This document shows, in pieces, positions 40,475 to 54,492 of a DNA stretch of 64,000 nucleotides. The position numbers were made by a program, and so were the translations under genes. The notes below the pieces were generated by a model. The model had not been told where the DNA came from. It did not search any database and was given only the letters and a program-made list of their open reading frames with translations. Position 1 is the first letter of the stretch, and every line of letters starts with the position of its first letter. The DNA comes from Sminthopsis crassicaudata (taxonomy: Eukaryota). Location: NCBI RefSeq assembly GCF_048593235.1, contig NC_133619.1:293522454-293586453 (forward strand), written 5' to 3'.

Positions 40475-43400
40475 AACTAGAGCATCATAGGAAAGATAAC
40501 ATTACAGAGTGAGAAAAGCATAAATGCAGGCAAAGAAGACCAGGAGCAATGAAATCCTCCTACTCACAAGCTATGAGACATAAGGCAAGATAGAACCTCA
40601 TAGAACCTCAGTTTATTCTTCTGAAAAATGAAGATAACTAACAATCCTTATTTTGAGTTATTTTAAGGAAGTTGCTGTAGAAATGAGTTATGATAATTGT
40701 GATCAGAGCAAATGGTGATTTGCTCTTCCAAAACAAATGAAAATGACTATCTAGTTCATTAGTTTAAACCAAAATGTTAAGCACTGATCATTATGGCCAT
40801 GAACTGTGCTTAGCAGTTCCTATATGATATAGGAAATATATTCATTATCACTACCACCATTATCCACAATAAACTCAGATCAACTACTGGTGGTAAAGGG
40901 CAAACTCCTTAAATGCAGGGACCATTCCTCCTATTTCTTTTTTTATCCTTAATAGGGTCATACCCAGAGCATAGACTATATGTCTGGTGAAAGCTTAAAG
41001 GGAAGTTGAAAAAAACAAAAGAATGAACCATAGTTCTTCTGCTAAGGTACTTTAAAAAACCTTTAAATTATGATAGAAAATATTAAACATGGAATATATA
41101 CAGCTTGGAATAGTCATATGACTGAACAGAAATGCATTTTACAAACATTCTTCATCTGAAATTTTAAACTGATTCTGAAAGAAGACAAATTTTTTCTAAA
41201 TCATTATTTGTTGGTTATTGATATTCCCACAAAGGTTTATAATAACCTTCACCACTCACTCTTCTATGTTCACTTTATATTTTCCCATTTTCGATCTTTT
41301 ACTTCTATTGGGAAAGCCCTGTGTCAATATAATGGATAGATGAAAAATAAAAGAGGAGAAGTATTTACACAAGCTCCACTTCTTTCCTTAATGAATTATT
41401 CTCATCAAGTAGGCCATATTTTCTTTTATGCACAATGTTAGATTTGTGAGCTGCTTCTATCTATGAACTTAGCATCAAATAAGCTATCATCAAAGCTTCT
41501 ACAACAGTGGAAATTATAATCTAAGCCCTATAAATGTGCACAATGACCACAAATTAAAGTGAGGATGTAACAGAACTCTATTAAAACTTGATATGAAATT
41601 AATATTATAATCCATTCAAAGTAACAAGTATTTATTAAGTATTTTTCAGAGATGACTCTGAAATTTTTATCTCCAGTCCTTACCTTAGATCTAAAAACAC
41701 ATCTTCAATTGTCAATAAAACAGCTCTTATTAAAATATGTCACCAGCACTTCAAATTCATGTCAAAAACTCAGTTGCCCATCTTTCTTCTTAAACTGGCT
41801 TTGATTTTTCAGTCATAAATGATATAGTATCAGATAAAAAAAGGTTACCAGGAAATATAATATGATATTGAGCCATTCTATTTGACCCATTTTAACATCT
41901 AAAATAATTTGAAATAATATGAAATTTTAAATTGGAAAAAAATTAAAAATAATATATCTTGAGGTAGGGTATTTTGCAAGCCTTGTCCTAACACCCACCT
42001 GTTCCATAATAAAAACATGAAACATCTAAACATGAAAATTATGGACCAGTTTGCTCTAATGAATATTAAGTCTCATCTATAAACTCATTTCTAAGTCACC
42101 AAGAAAATAATAAAGTTCTGATAGAGTAATGACAGATCTGTGGATTTATAGCCACATTTTACTACAAGGAATGCGATGACCAGGCAAGGGAAAGGGAAAG
42201 TTAACAGCGGGCTCTGCTTTTCTGAATCTGAAATCTTCATTCAGTTTAAAAAGCAAATTCTTATCTGATCCATTTTTTTCTTTTTAAACCAAAAGTGAGG
42301 CAACTCTCTCCAAACTCATACTATTAATCCCAAACTATCCAACCACAAATTCCCAAAACATATAAATGGCTGTTCTGAAACAATAGAAGTGTTGAAGCAC
42401 AAAAAGAAACAGCCAGGATAGTTTCCCCATCAGTGAGTGAATAAGGCCTGTCCCATGTGGCAACTGCTCTAGGTTTGCTGTTCTGACAGTAATCAACACT
42501 AGATAAGAATCTACCCTCAATCTATCTAATAGAAAATATTTAAGTATAGTATGCACACTATAGAATGTTCACAAATCTACAACAAGGTTGAGAAAGGGAC
42601 AAATGACTGCCCTTTTCTTTGCTTCCCTGTAGTTTGCAGCTTCTAGTGAAGGGTTTCACCTACCCTTACCCAATTTAGGAAATGAAAAAAAAGAAAAGCA
42701 CCACAAATTAGACCCATCCAACTAAGCTAAGGAACGTGAAGAAAAGAAAGAGGAAAGAGCTTTGTTATTAGGTTTTTTCCTCAGCAAACAATTATGCTTT
42801 GCTACTTTACCCCCTCCCTTCACCATGGATCATAGTGTCAGCATAAATCTTCCAGATGACTTCTGAGTGTCAATGAAAGGGAACACTAAATTAATGGGGA
42901 AAAGGTAGACAAAACAAATCCAAAAGCTACACCAAAAATCGAGGGGCTAAGATTTCTGACACAAACTTTAAAAGAACCTTCTCTCTGGACAATATACGCA
43001 CTTTATATTTTGTTTTGCAACCCAAGTTCAACATCTCTGAATTAGACAAACTGCTGCTCTCAAAGAGAGATTACAACAAATAGGAGGTTACTATAATGCA
43101 AAGTAAAGAGGAAAAATAAAAGTAAAGAATTAAAGAAAGCATTATGGAATCCTTGAGTTGGAAAGGTACAATTTTAACTGAGGAAATATAATAATATTTT
43201 AGATAACTGCAATTATTGAACTAGGTTTTGAAGATGGATCACATTTCTAATAGGAAAAGAGATCTAGGTAGCAAGATCCATGAAGTGATAAGAAAGCATA
43301 AAATGTTTGGGGAACGTCATGTAGTCTACATTTGCCTAGAGATATCAATGTATGAAAAGGAATAAAGAGGAGCGGCTAGGTGATATGGTGCATAGAACAC

Positions 43401-44224
43401 TAGCTCTCAAGCCTTAGCCTCAAATACTTATTTGAGCAAGTCATTTAATCACAACTGATGGAAAGGTATGTTGGTGCCAGATAGTACAATTGTATTTTAT
43501 TTATCAGGCAATAGGTAGCAGGAAATTGTTGCAATTTTAGGAAGAGACCAGCAATAGTATATAACATGACTTGGAGGGATCAAGTCTAGAAGCAGGAAAA
43601 GTAGTTAAGAATCTACTATGATACCTGAGGCAAAAAGATGAAAGTCTGAATTAGAGTGGTCACAGACAGAATGAAAAGAATAAAAGATTACAGAGCTATT
43701 AAAGAAGTAGCATCTGAAATCAATGGAGGAATCAAAGCCAATTTAAAGGTTCAAATATAATCAGTTGAGAAAATGGTGGAAGAGATTCACATGAATATAA
43801 TGTCAAGAAAATTGAGGAGTATTAAGAGTGAGTGATCAACAGCATCCAATGAGAAATATTTCCTCTCCTCCCACCCAAAGTAATTACCTTAGGAAGCAAT
43901 TACTGCAAAGATGTGGTATCTTTGCAATCAAACGGTTGATCACCAGAAGCATATATGATTTTATCAGTGAAAAAGATTATTACCATGAACTTTGCCTGTA
44001 CACTAAAGCCCTTGGGATTTGGATCTTTCTGTCTGATCTGCAGCTGAAATATGTATGGAATCTTCCATTAGAACATGAGCTTGAGAGAGAAGGTTGTCTT
44101 AATTTTCAATTAATGTTCCCCAGTGTTTAGCTAAGTGCTTTGTATACAGAAAGCATTGAAGAAATGGTGGGCTATTTGTTTTGCTTTGTTTTGTTTTTAA
44201 CTCATTATGTTTGAAATCTGCCTA

Positions 44225-45487
44225 TAGTAATCTGAGTTTGATAAACCCAAAGACCCACAGATTCTGGGATAAGAACTCACTATCTGACAAAAATTGCTGA
44301 GAAAACTGAAAAATAAGATGGCAGAAACTAAGTAGATGTTGACCAACATCTAATAACCTATACCAAGATAAGATCAAAATGGGTTCATGATTTAGACATA
44401 AAGAGGGATACTGTTAAGCAAATGAGAACAAGGGATAGTCTACCTCTCAGATCTGTGGAGAAAGAATGAATTTATGACCAAAAAAGAACTAGAGAACATT
44501 ATGAAATGCAAAGTAGTTTGTTTTGATTATATTAAATTAAAATTTTTTTGTACAAACGTAACCAATGCAGCCAAGATTAGAAGCAAAAAAACAAAAAACA
44601 AAACAAAAAACAAAAAAAACTAGGAGAAAAAAATTGACATTCAGCATTCAGTGTTTGCAACATGTAGAGAACTGACTCAAATTTATAAGAATACAAGCCA
44701 TTCCCCAACTGATAGTCAAATAGTCAAAAGATATAACAGATAATTTTCACATGATAAAATTAAAGCTATTTCTAGTCATTTGAAAAAAATGCTCTAAATC
44801 ACTACTGATTGGAGAAATACAAATTAAGACAACTCTAAAACAACATTTCATATTGGCTAAGATGACAGGAAAAGATAATGATGAATGCTGGAGTGGATGT
44901 GGGAAAATTGGAACACTACAGCTTTCTTGGTGGAGTTGTTAACTGAACCAACCATTCTGGAGAGCAATTTGGAATTTTGCCCATAGGACTATAAAAGCGC
45001 ATGCCCCTTTGATCCAACAGTGTCTCTACTGAGGCTGTATTCCAAATAAATCATACAAGAGGGAAAAGAACCCACATGTACAAAAATGTTTGTATCAGCC
45101 CTTTTTGTAGTGGCAAGGAACTAGAAACTGAGTAAATGCCTATCAAGTGAAGAATGGCTGAATAAGTTATGGCATATGAATGTTATGGAATGATTGTCCT
45201 ATAAGAAATGATGAGAAGTCTGATTTCAGAAAAGCCTGGAGAGACTTGCATGAATTGATGCTAAGTAAAATAAATAGAACTAAGAGAACATTGTATATAA
45301 CAAGATTATGTGCTGTGCTGATCAACTGTGAGACTTGGCTCTTTTCAACAATAAGGTGATTCAAGGCAATTTCAATATATTTGTGATGGAGAGAACCATT
45401 TGCATCCAGAGACAGAACTATGGAGACTAAATGTGGATCAAAGCATAGTATTTTCACCTTTTTGTTGTTGTGATTTTTTTTGGTTGG

Positions 45488-45544
<57 letters not shown>

Positions 45545-45765
45545 CTTTTGATCTGATTTTTCTTCTGCAGCATGATGAATAAGGAAATATGTTTAGAAAT
45601 ATGTTTAACCTATACTAGATTGCTTGATATCTACGAAAGAATTGAGGGAGAAAAAAAGAGGAAAAATTTGGAACACAAGGTTTTGCAAAGATGAATATTG
45701 AAAACTATCTTTGCATGTATTTAGAAAAATAAAAAACTATTAAAAAAAAAAAAAAAAAAGAAAGA
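44225..45765 (+). mobile_element. L1 3' fragment (~1.5 kb; ORF2 C-terminus, 3' UTR, poly-A)
   Basis: Degenerate ORF2 motifs (FDYIKLKxFCTN, MPFDP, WLNKLWHMN); poly-A from ~45742. Confidence 0.9.
45492..45540. repeat. (TG)n microsatellite in an L1 3' UTR
   Basis: Read directly. Confidence 0.98.
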
Positions 45766-46984
45766 AACCTGGTTTAAAAAAATGTGCTAATAGCAATTAT
45801 ACTGGTAGCAAACTATGAGCCTGAACAAGTTATTTAATCTCAGTTTCATCATCAGTAAAAAAACCTAGCCCACAAAGCTCCCTGAACTTCTCAAATATCT
45901 CTATAATTAATTGTCTTATGAACTTAATTTTTTTAGGTGCATAAAATTCTTCCAAACCTTTAGTTCAAATCTTGCATTTCCCTGTACTCAATGCATGAAT
46001 ATAAATGCAAGGCAAAGAAATAAGGAAACACTAACTTGTCTTTTTTGTGGGTCCTTCTTTCCAATAATCCTGGGCACCAGCTACAATCTTCCCACAAAAG
46101 GTTACAAGCTGTTAGTTTAGCAAATTCTAAAGATTTAAAGAGCACAGAAGAAAAACCCTTCTCAAAGCAAGAGGCTTAACACTCTAGTTCAAAATTCATG
46201 AAATAAGACCCCAGATCTTCAAAGCATCAGAACCATTCCCATAAATTTGCTCATGGTCTGCATATCATTGTTTTAAAGCAGTATTGATAATGCATTTGCA
46301 TGCTTAGGACTGAAACTGGTAAACTGATACTACTAGAAAAGGACAAAATTAATATGGCTGCAAAGAAAGATCCATTGTAAAATTCCACAGATGCTTCCTA
46401 TAAAACAAATTAACCAGTCTGGTATGCAGAGTCACAATTGTTCAAACACTAGTACTCTTGTAAAAAAGAATCCCAGAATGCAAGTATCAATAACAAGAAA
46501 AGCAAGAGCTTCATAACAAAATATAAGTAAAGTGACTGTTAAAATTCAAAACACTGTACTTTTTTAAAAATTCTACACTTTTTTCTTAAATATTCCACAA
46601 TATATTAAAGTTTGGGGGAAAAAATAAATTTAAGTACATGTACACACACGTCACACACACACACACACACACTCTAGAATCATATGGGTCTGCTCAGTTT
46701 GCTTTCAAAATCTCATAACTGAGAAGAAGTTTAAAGATTATTTAGCCCTTTTTGTACAGATGAAGAAACTAAGACTAGATAGAAAGATTAAGAAACTTAT
46801 CCAAAGGCACACAAAGCAGTAACAAGGTAGGGATTCAAAGCCAAGTCCTTTTCATTCCAAATTCAGCAATCTTTCCATGGTACAAGGCTAGGTCTCTTAA
46901 CTTCATTGGCTAGGTCTCTTAACCTTTAGTCTATTACTTTTTTCCAAACATTAAAATTACAAAGCATAATATCTAAATAAACCT

Positions 46985-47380
46985 ATTTAGCAAAGTATTT
47001 TTATTCTGAATTTGACAAATGTCAACCAATGAACAAATTTCGATGCACAAAAAAGAGAAAGAGAATAAATGGCAAATCAAACTGCGAGCTTCTATTAGTT
47101 TGTTTTTTAAAGGTATATTACATTTAGCACAATAGTAAATATATGTTTCATTTTGCACTTAGAATCCAGCATCACATTGCCTTACATCATGATCTATTGT
47201 TACACTGATCAGAGTTCTTGAGGCTTTGTTTTCCTTTACATTATTATAAAAACTGAATAAATTGTTTTCCCAGTTCTGTTCAATTCGCTCTTCATCAGCT
47301 CATGAAAATCTTCCCAATTTAATATTCTATTCTGTTTATATTTAACATTCCATTATATTTTCATGCATAATTTGTTCAGC
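46985..47380 (-). mobile_element. Old L1 3' end
   Basis: Same 3'-end motifs as other L1 copies (cagttctgttcaattcgctcttcatcagctcatg...cataatttgttcagc), more diverged. Confidence 0.6.
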
Positions 47381-47814
47381 TCCTCAATTTCCAAGCCATA
47401 AAGTCCTCCTTTTCCTTTAATAATCAATTTAAAAAAACATCAGTTCAAATACCATCTTCTCCATGAAGTCTTTCCTGGTTCTCAACAACTAATAGCCTTG
47501 CCCCACAAATTATCTGTTATTTAATTATCCTATGCAAATTGTACTTGTAAACTGCATATTCCTCTCCCTCATTAGAATGTAAACTCATAAAGTATAAAGA
47601 GTAGAGATATTCCAATTCTTTGCACTTAGTAGAGTGTCAGACACACAATATAATGGGGGCTTGATAAAGATTGAATGAATGATTCTTTGCCATAACAAAA
47701 AAAAATGCTGATACACACACACACACAGTATATATATGATTCCTTTCCATCTGCCTTTGATTTCTTGGGATATATGGTGCATGGCTAATAATATCAATAA
47801 CAACAATAACTTTA

Positions 47815-48061
47815 ATAATGTTATAATTTACATAGTATTGTAAAAGTTTGCAAACTACTTTACAGATATCTCATTTTACCCTTAAGATAATTCTGGGAAG
47901 TAGAAGCTGCTATCTCCATTTAACAGAGGAGGAACTTGAGCCTGAGAGAAGCTAAGTGAAGTCGAAGAGTCTTACACAGCCAGTAAATGTCAGAGGCCAA
48001 ATTTCAACTCAGGTCTTCCTGATTTCAGTCAGCCTTTTTTCCTACTGTGCCACTAGCTACC
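47815..48061 (-). mobile_element. MIR-family SINE
   Basis: ccatttaacagaggaggaacttgag...aactcaggtcttcctga...gtgccactagctacc. Confidence 0.75.
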
Positions 48062-49789
48062 TAAAATAATCAGAACTAGCAATTACAAAACACTTTTAAA
48101 AATATGACTCTTTAAACCTCACAAGAGCCCTGTGATATGTTATACAGATGAGAAAAAGGAGGCATTGAGTGATTAAAGCTACTAAATGTCTGGGATAGAA
48201 TTCAAATTTAGGTCATCCTGATTCCAAATCATAAATACTAACCACTGAGCTACTTATTTGCCTAAAAGTTGTATGAATGGGTCAAAGGGTATGCCAGTTA
48301 ATAGTTATTTTGGTTATAGTTTCAACCTGCTTTTCAAAAAGACTGCACCAATTCACAATTCTACCAAATGTAATTGTCCTCTTAGAATGCTTCCAATAAT
48401 TCCTCCTCCTTTGCTAATTTGATAGATGTCAGGAAGAAATTACACTGATTTAAAAAAAAAAAAAACACAATCAATAAAATATCTTGAAACAAGTAATAAA
48501 AATGTTATATCTCTATCAATCTGTCGAACAAGGACTTAAGTGCTTAACATGTCAAGCCTAATAGATACAAAAGACAAAAATAAATATTGTCCCTCCTTTA
48601 AAGGAATTTGCCTGTAAAGGAGGAAGCAATGTATACATATAATTAAATGCAAAGTGACTATAAATAAAGGAGAAACAAAATAATTCGGATGGCAATCTTA
48701 GCACTTGATGAGAACAAAAAGCAGCCCCAAGTTGGAGACAGCACTAAATCTGAGCTCTGGAAAAGACCAGAGTGCTAAGAGGCAGACAGAAGAGATGAAC
48801 ACTAAGCAAGGATGACAGCCTGTGTTGAGTCTGAGATGAGAGAAAGTGTAAAAAAGACGCGTAATTGATTGTATACAAAGGGTGAGAGAAAATGAAAAGA
48901 TGAGTATGATTCTGAAGTTTTGAACTGGAGTACACTTTAAAGTTAAAAAAAAAATTTAATAAGCATTTATTTAGCACCTATATAAAGTTTTCCTCACATC
49001 ATCCCTCTATGAGAAGTAGTATGAGTTTTACTATCTTCTTTTCACAAATGAAGAAATGGAAAATCAGAGACTTAAAGGTTATTTCCTAAAGTTATATTGT
49101 ATCATAATTAGCTCTCTCCTAACTCCAATCCAGCACTGTTCCCACCTCACCAAATTGTCAGTTAGTGATCTAAACTAGGGAAAGAATCTTGGAGTCAACT
49201 GAAAAACTCATAATTATAGGATAAATAGGCTTACCAAAAACCCCAAGAGTTTGGACTCCCAACACAATGCCATTATATCATTTTGAAGCTTATCTCGAAT
49301 AATAGAATAGTTTAATTAGGTAGAGTTCACAATGGCTGTGAAGTATTTTCATTCTAAACCTGTAAGTATGAACTGATTTTTTTTTTAAAAGAACATGGCA
49401 TGCCATGCTTAGTATTGTACAAAAATAAACTAATGGGGCATCAGAGAAGAGCTAATGCTACCTACTCATTCTGTAGATAAGGAAACTGATTAATTTAATA
49501 AACATTTAAACACTACCTGTGTACAGAGTACTATGCTGTGTACCTGAGATGACATATGTTTTAGGTAAGACACATTCTTTATGCTCATGGAATTTACAAT
49601 GTAGTACAATAGGAACTGGGCCCTATACACTGATATACTTACCTCCCAAGCAAGGAAATTTTCTTTACTAGTGTTGAATGGCACCTTAAGAGTTACCTAG
49701 ATCACTGAGTGACTTTCCTCCAAGATCACACAGCACTATTTCAGAAGCAGAACTTAAATCCAGGTCTTCCTGTCTTTGAGGCTACCCCT

Positions 49790-50313
49790 CGTTGTGCCAC
49801 AGTTCTCTTCTAATTGTCCTACCTCAGTTTCCCTAATTGGTCCTGCCTTGGTTTTCTTAATTGTTCTGCCTCAATCCCCTTACTTACAAACCTTCCCCCT
49901 CTCTGGTTCATGAAGAATGATATAACTCAGGGCTATTTGCTCTAAGGTTATAAATTGTTAATGTGTAAACACAGAAAGCAGGACTTCAGACTTTGTGTCT
50001 GTAGTCAGACACTTTCTTAACTCCCAATTTGCTAGAGTTTATGGTCCTACCCCATAAACCTGTCAGAACCGAATTGATGGTTCCTGCCTAGAGATTCCAC
50101 CCCCCCCTTGTTTAGCTGCTGTGCATAAATATGTCATTGAAAACTCAAATTGGCTGTTGGATGCTGGCTGGATGCTGGTTTCTTAGATGACAGTTTCATT
50201 CAGCCCTGGGACCAAACAATGGATCCATTTGGTCCCAGTAAATCTCTCCTTTTCAAATAAAATATTAAAAAACTTTCTAATCTCTATCTTACCTTAGTTT
50301 CTCTGGCATTACA
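49790..50313 (+). mobile_element. Solo LTR (ERV1-like) inserted into a MIR
   Basis: Ends ...ggcattaca; AATAAA near 50256; three ~24-bp internal repeats at the 5' end. The MIR sequence resumes on both sides; 4-bp flanks ccct/ctct. Confidence 0.75.
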
Positions 50314-50749
50314 CTCTATCCACTAAGCCATGCTACCTCAATGGTAGACGAAAACAAAAAACAAATGATTTTACGTGCAATAGATGATGCTAAAGATCTG
50401 TGGAAATGCAAAGGAGAAAAGTCATTAATAACAAGAAGAATCAAGGAAGGCCACATGAAAAAAGTGAGACTTGAAATTAGCTTTAAAGAATTACTAGAAA
50501 TTCAGAGAGGAGATGGACAACATTTTAAGCAAAGAGAGCATCATGAACAAAGGCATAAGAGCTAGAAAGTATCATGTTCAGATGACAATACACATTTAAT
50601 ATACATTTATGCATGGATATAAAGTATGGAGAAAAGTTACATGAGCAGTATAGAATAATAGAAAGAAGGACTTTCATTAGTCTAATAACTACCCTAAAAG
50701 TTTTCCCACATCTTTCTTCATTCCCCCTCCCCAAATCCAAACTTCATGC

Positions 50750-51070
50750 AACTGACAACATAACCTTGATTGGATATGGCCCTGGATAAAATGGGAGACC
50801 TTGGCCTTTTTAAACTAAGATTTTCAACAGATCTCAGATTGACTTATTCAGATTAAATACTTATTCAGTGATTACAGCTGAGTAGCAAATAAAGTAAAGC
50901 ATCTCCTGTTTCACTCAGTTTAAAAACAAACAAACAAACAAACAAACCCAAACAAATAAATTAATCTGGAAGAGAAAAAGGAAGACCCTCAGTGTTTCTG
51001 GTCAAAGCAGAAATGACTGTTATTTACATTCAATCTGAGTCAATAAGAATTCAGAGAAGACTGATTATCT
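50750..51070 (+). mobile_element. RTE-derived marsupial SINE fragment (WALLSI/RTESINE-like)
   Basis: atggccctggat...gggagaccttggcctttttaaactaag and gaagaccctcag...gctatttacatt-like motifs match a recalled consensus. Confidence 0.6.
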
Positions 51071-53709
51071 AAAGGAAGACTATGTCTTTGAAAAAGTTCA
51101 ATGGAAGGAAATTAGAAGCACAAGAGGGATTGTTTTTAATAGTGGATTTAATTATCCTAAGACCAGGTATGGTGAGCAGATGGTGATTCTCAACTCTTCA
51201 ATCAAGAAAGGATGCATTTCTTTTTCTTTTTTTCTTTCTTTTTTTTTTTTTTTTTTTTTTTAAGAAAGATGTATAAAGAAGGTGGTGTTGAAAAAAAAAA
51301 TTCGGAGCACTACAAATTTGTTGTGTAAATCACCTACCAATCATAAACCTACCGCTTTTTAAACTTCTCAAGCTCTTTAACCCTTTTCCAACATCTAATA
51401 TGGCTAATCACTCTCTTTCTTCATACTATGATTTCTCTTGATTCCCAACTAACATAGGAGTCAAAATGAGATTGTGAAGAGGACACATAACTACTGATAT
51501 CTACTACTAGGATTTTTTATTGTATCATTTCATCCTTCCTCCTACTAAACTTTTATTTTCCATAGTTATATAACAGGGTTCAAAATCTTGCTTCCTAGGG
51601 TACTTCAGCTCATTTTAATTTCATTTACCCCATTTTGACACTTCATTTCAAAATTGCTTTGAAGAAGGAAAGTTGGGGCCAATTAATGGGGCTAGCAACC
51701 TTACCATCCAAGAGCTGGCTTCTTTAGGAGACGTAAGGACGTAAGATAGCATGCAGCCTCTGATGGAGATTTTACAATTCCCATCACAAAAGATAGATTC
51801 ATTCCCAAGAGGCTGACTCTAGGCAGAACTAATGAAAACCTGCCAGCACAATATCAAATCTACAGATGATGTAGAGGCAGTAGTGGACTGAGAACGTACA
51901 TAACACCAACTCCCACTAAATGAAATCCATCCCCAGGAAAAAAAATTCATGAAGAACTCAGAACTAATTCCAAGGGTTTTATTACAGGCCTTCCAAGGAA
52001 AGATGTCACTTGACGTGATTAAAAATAAATAAGAGTAGGAAAACTAATGGATAGTTCTAACACAAAATGAAGTTTAAAAAAAAAAAAAAAAAGCTCCCAA
52101 ATACTGCCAAATCTACTACAATACAAATTAACTCGGAGAAACTGGAAACCCCCATTGTGTGGAACATTAAGAAAAATTAGTGACTAACACAGGAGGCAGC
52201 AAGTAGTATTAGCATATTCTACCCTACTGACTTCAGCAATGAAAGGGAGAGGGTTGAGAATAAAAATAGGAAACAGGCAGAAATGTGTATTAATTCTTCC
52301 TCTCTCCTCACAAGAAACAAATTATAACATAGGTTCATTTCATTACACCTCACGTAAGAGAATGAAGCACTGTTTCCGGGCAACAAACACTTCAGTAGCT
52401 TAATATTCAAAGTGCAGAATCCTAAAAAGTCAGTGAATGTCTTAGAATTTTAGTGCACAAACTTACGTCTCTCTATTCTTTTGTATCAGGTCCCATTTCA
52501 TTATCTTTCTGGCTCATATAATGGTCTAAAAATAGGCTATTTTTTTCCTTTGCATTATGATTGGTAAATAAAAATTAGAGGGGTTGTCTTACATGAACAT
52601 TAGTTTCTGTTCATCAACCACAGATGGCTGAATACATTTTCTGAATGTATTTATTTATTCTACTCAAGACAAACAATTTCTGACCTTCATCATTCCAGTA
52701 AGTGGTGTGTCACCTAGTGCTAACAATACAAAGTCATGCTGTGGTGTCATTCTAGGACCTAATGTCACCTCTCAATTACGACTGCTCCCATTACCATTAC
52801 TGTATCCTATAAAGAATGCAGTAGTATGTAGTAAGACAATTCTTTGTCATCACCTTTCTTCTTGCCCTTGCCTCTCAAACCTCTTTTTTCCTTCTCTTAT
52901 GTCTCAAGTTATGGAAAAGGACAATCTCAAAAGGAGTTAATAAGAATTAAGTAATATAGCACATTAAAATCAACCACATGCTTTACAGGGACTTTTTCAT
53001 AACACCATAGATCAAAGTTAGAAGAGACCTTAGTGGTCATTAGTTCTCCTCTCTTATTTTACAAAGAAACTGAGACCCAGAAAACTGACTTGTTCAAAGT
53101 CACGTAGGTGACTCAGAATTTGGATTTGGGGGTCTCTGATTCCAAAACTAGTGCTCTTTCCAATCCACCTTACTAATTTTAATCAGGAAATGAACCCTCA
53201 CTCAAATTTCCTAAGATCTATGTCTTTTAAAAAAGAAGTAGATTTCAAATCCTGACTATACAATAAAGGACCTACAGTAAGTGTGAACAAAACCAGGATG
53301 ATTAATAGATACTAGATATTAATAGACTGTAAGTTTTGTGACAGCAGGAAATATCCTGGCACAGTGCTCTGTGCCCAGTAGGTACTTAATATATTTTAAT
53401 GAATCACAGGAGTTAGTTTTTTTTACTAAAAGGGTAAGAAGATCAAAGCTACTCCAAGTCAAGACAGTAGTTAAGAGCATAAGGACCCCTGTTGCAAAAG
53501 CAGCACTTGAAAAAAGACTAAGAAAGATTCACCACTCTGACTTCAGGTCCATTTGGTCTAGTTTATATACAATTTAATAGGTTTTGTTTTGCACTAGTTC
53601 TCTGCTTCCCCTCCCCCAAAAAGCAAAATATATTAATGTAAAAGAAATGACATGGCAAGACAGCAGAAATTGCACTTTAATTGGATTTCTAGTCAAAATT
53701 CCTGGATGT

Positions 53710-54492
53710 TGTAACGTGCTGTAGTCCAGAAGCTGCTGATCGCTCTCTGGGAGGAGATGTTAACTAATGGGGCAGATGTTAGCTAAAGGCAATCCCTCGA
53801 CCTCAGCTGACTCAGCCCCATTTCAATTGTAAGAGATTGCTGGTTTAGCCCTTAACAAGTTAGGTTCCTTATTTATCTATTTGCATGTTCACTTAATCTT
53901 TAACAAAGTTTCCTTGTTACTCATGGTTCTGAGTCAGAGAAACAGAGATCTGGATGGGAGGCTTTTCCACTGGAATCAGGACCCTGTCTGTCCCTGTTTG
54001 GGCACCAAATTGCAAAGGTCTAGGCTAGCTCCTCTGAAGGGCTCAGAATAAGTCCTTGTCAGGATAAGGAAAAGTCCTTGCCCCATGTTAGACGCCAATT
54101 GTAACGTGCTATCGTCTCCAGAAGCTGTTGATTGCTCTCTGGGAGGAGATCTGCTGTGTCAACTCAAATCTCTCGGACAGATTCTTCTTCTTGTAGAGAA
54201 CCGTTGTCTACAGACAGTTGCCGTTAACTGTCGTCCAGAGAAGTGACTTCCCTTCCTGCAGAGAGCCATGTCAAGCCTGGTCTAAAGCTGCTCTCTTTAT
54301 CCTCCCAGAGAATGAGCGTGGGATAATGCAAGGGCTTCTGGGAAGAAGTACTTCAACCAATGAGCTTGCTCCTCCTAAGCATGCAAGCTCTTCTCCAGGA
54401 AAGGCCGGAACTAGAGAATTGTCAAGTACTGACTTAGCACTTAGTAAAAACTCAATATCTCATTATCTCATGTACTTAGTAAGAACCTAACA
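53710..54492 (-). mobile_element. Internally deleted ERV2/betaretrovirus-like provirus: full 5' LTR (54100-54492), two PBS, leader, gag start, and the last 49 bp of the 3' LTR (53710-53758)
   Basis: TG...CA LTR; the LTR terminus is repeated (tgtaacgtgct...ctctctgggaggagat at 53710 and 54100). tRNA-Lys PBS 2 nt after the LTR. Imperfect 6-bp flanks ggatgt/tcatgt. Confidence 0.85.

Noticed and set aside
46887-46923. 16-bp direct repeat ggctaggtctcttaac x2
   Set aside because: Small local duplication with no other hallmark.
51670-52020. Possible RTE 5' remnant
   Set aside because: Similarity too weak to support a call without a search.
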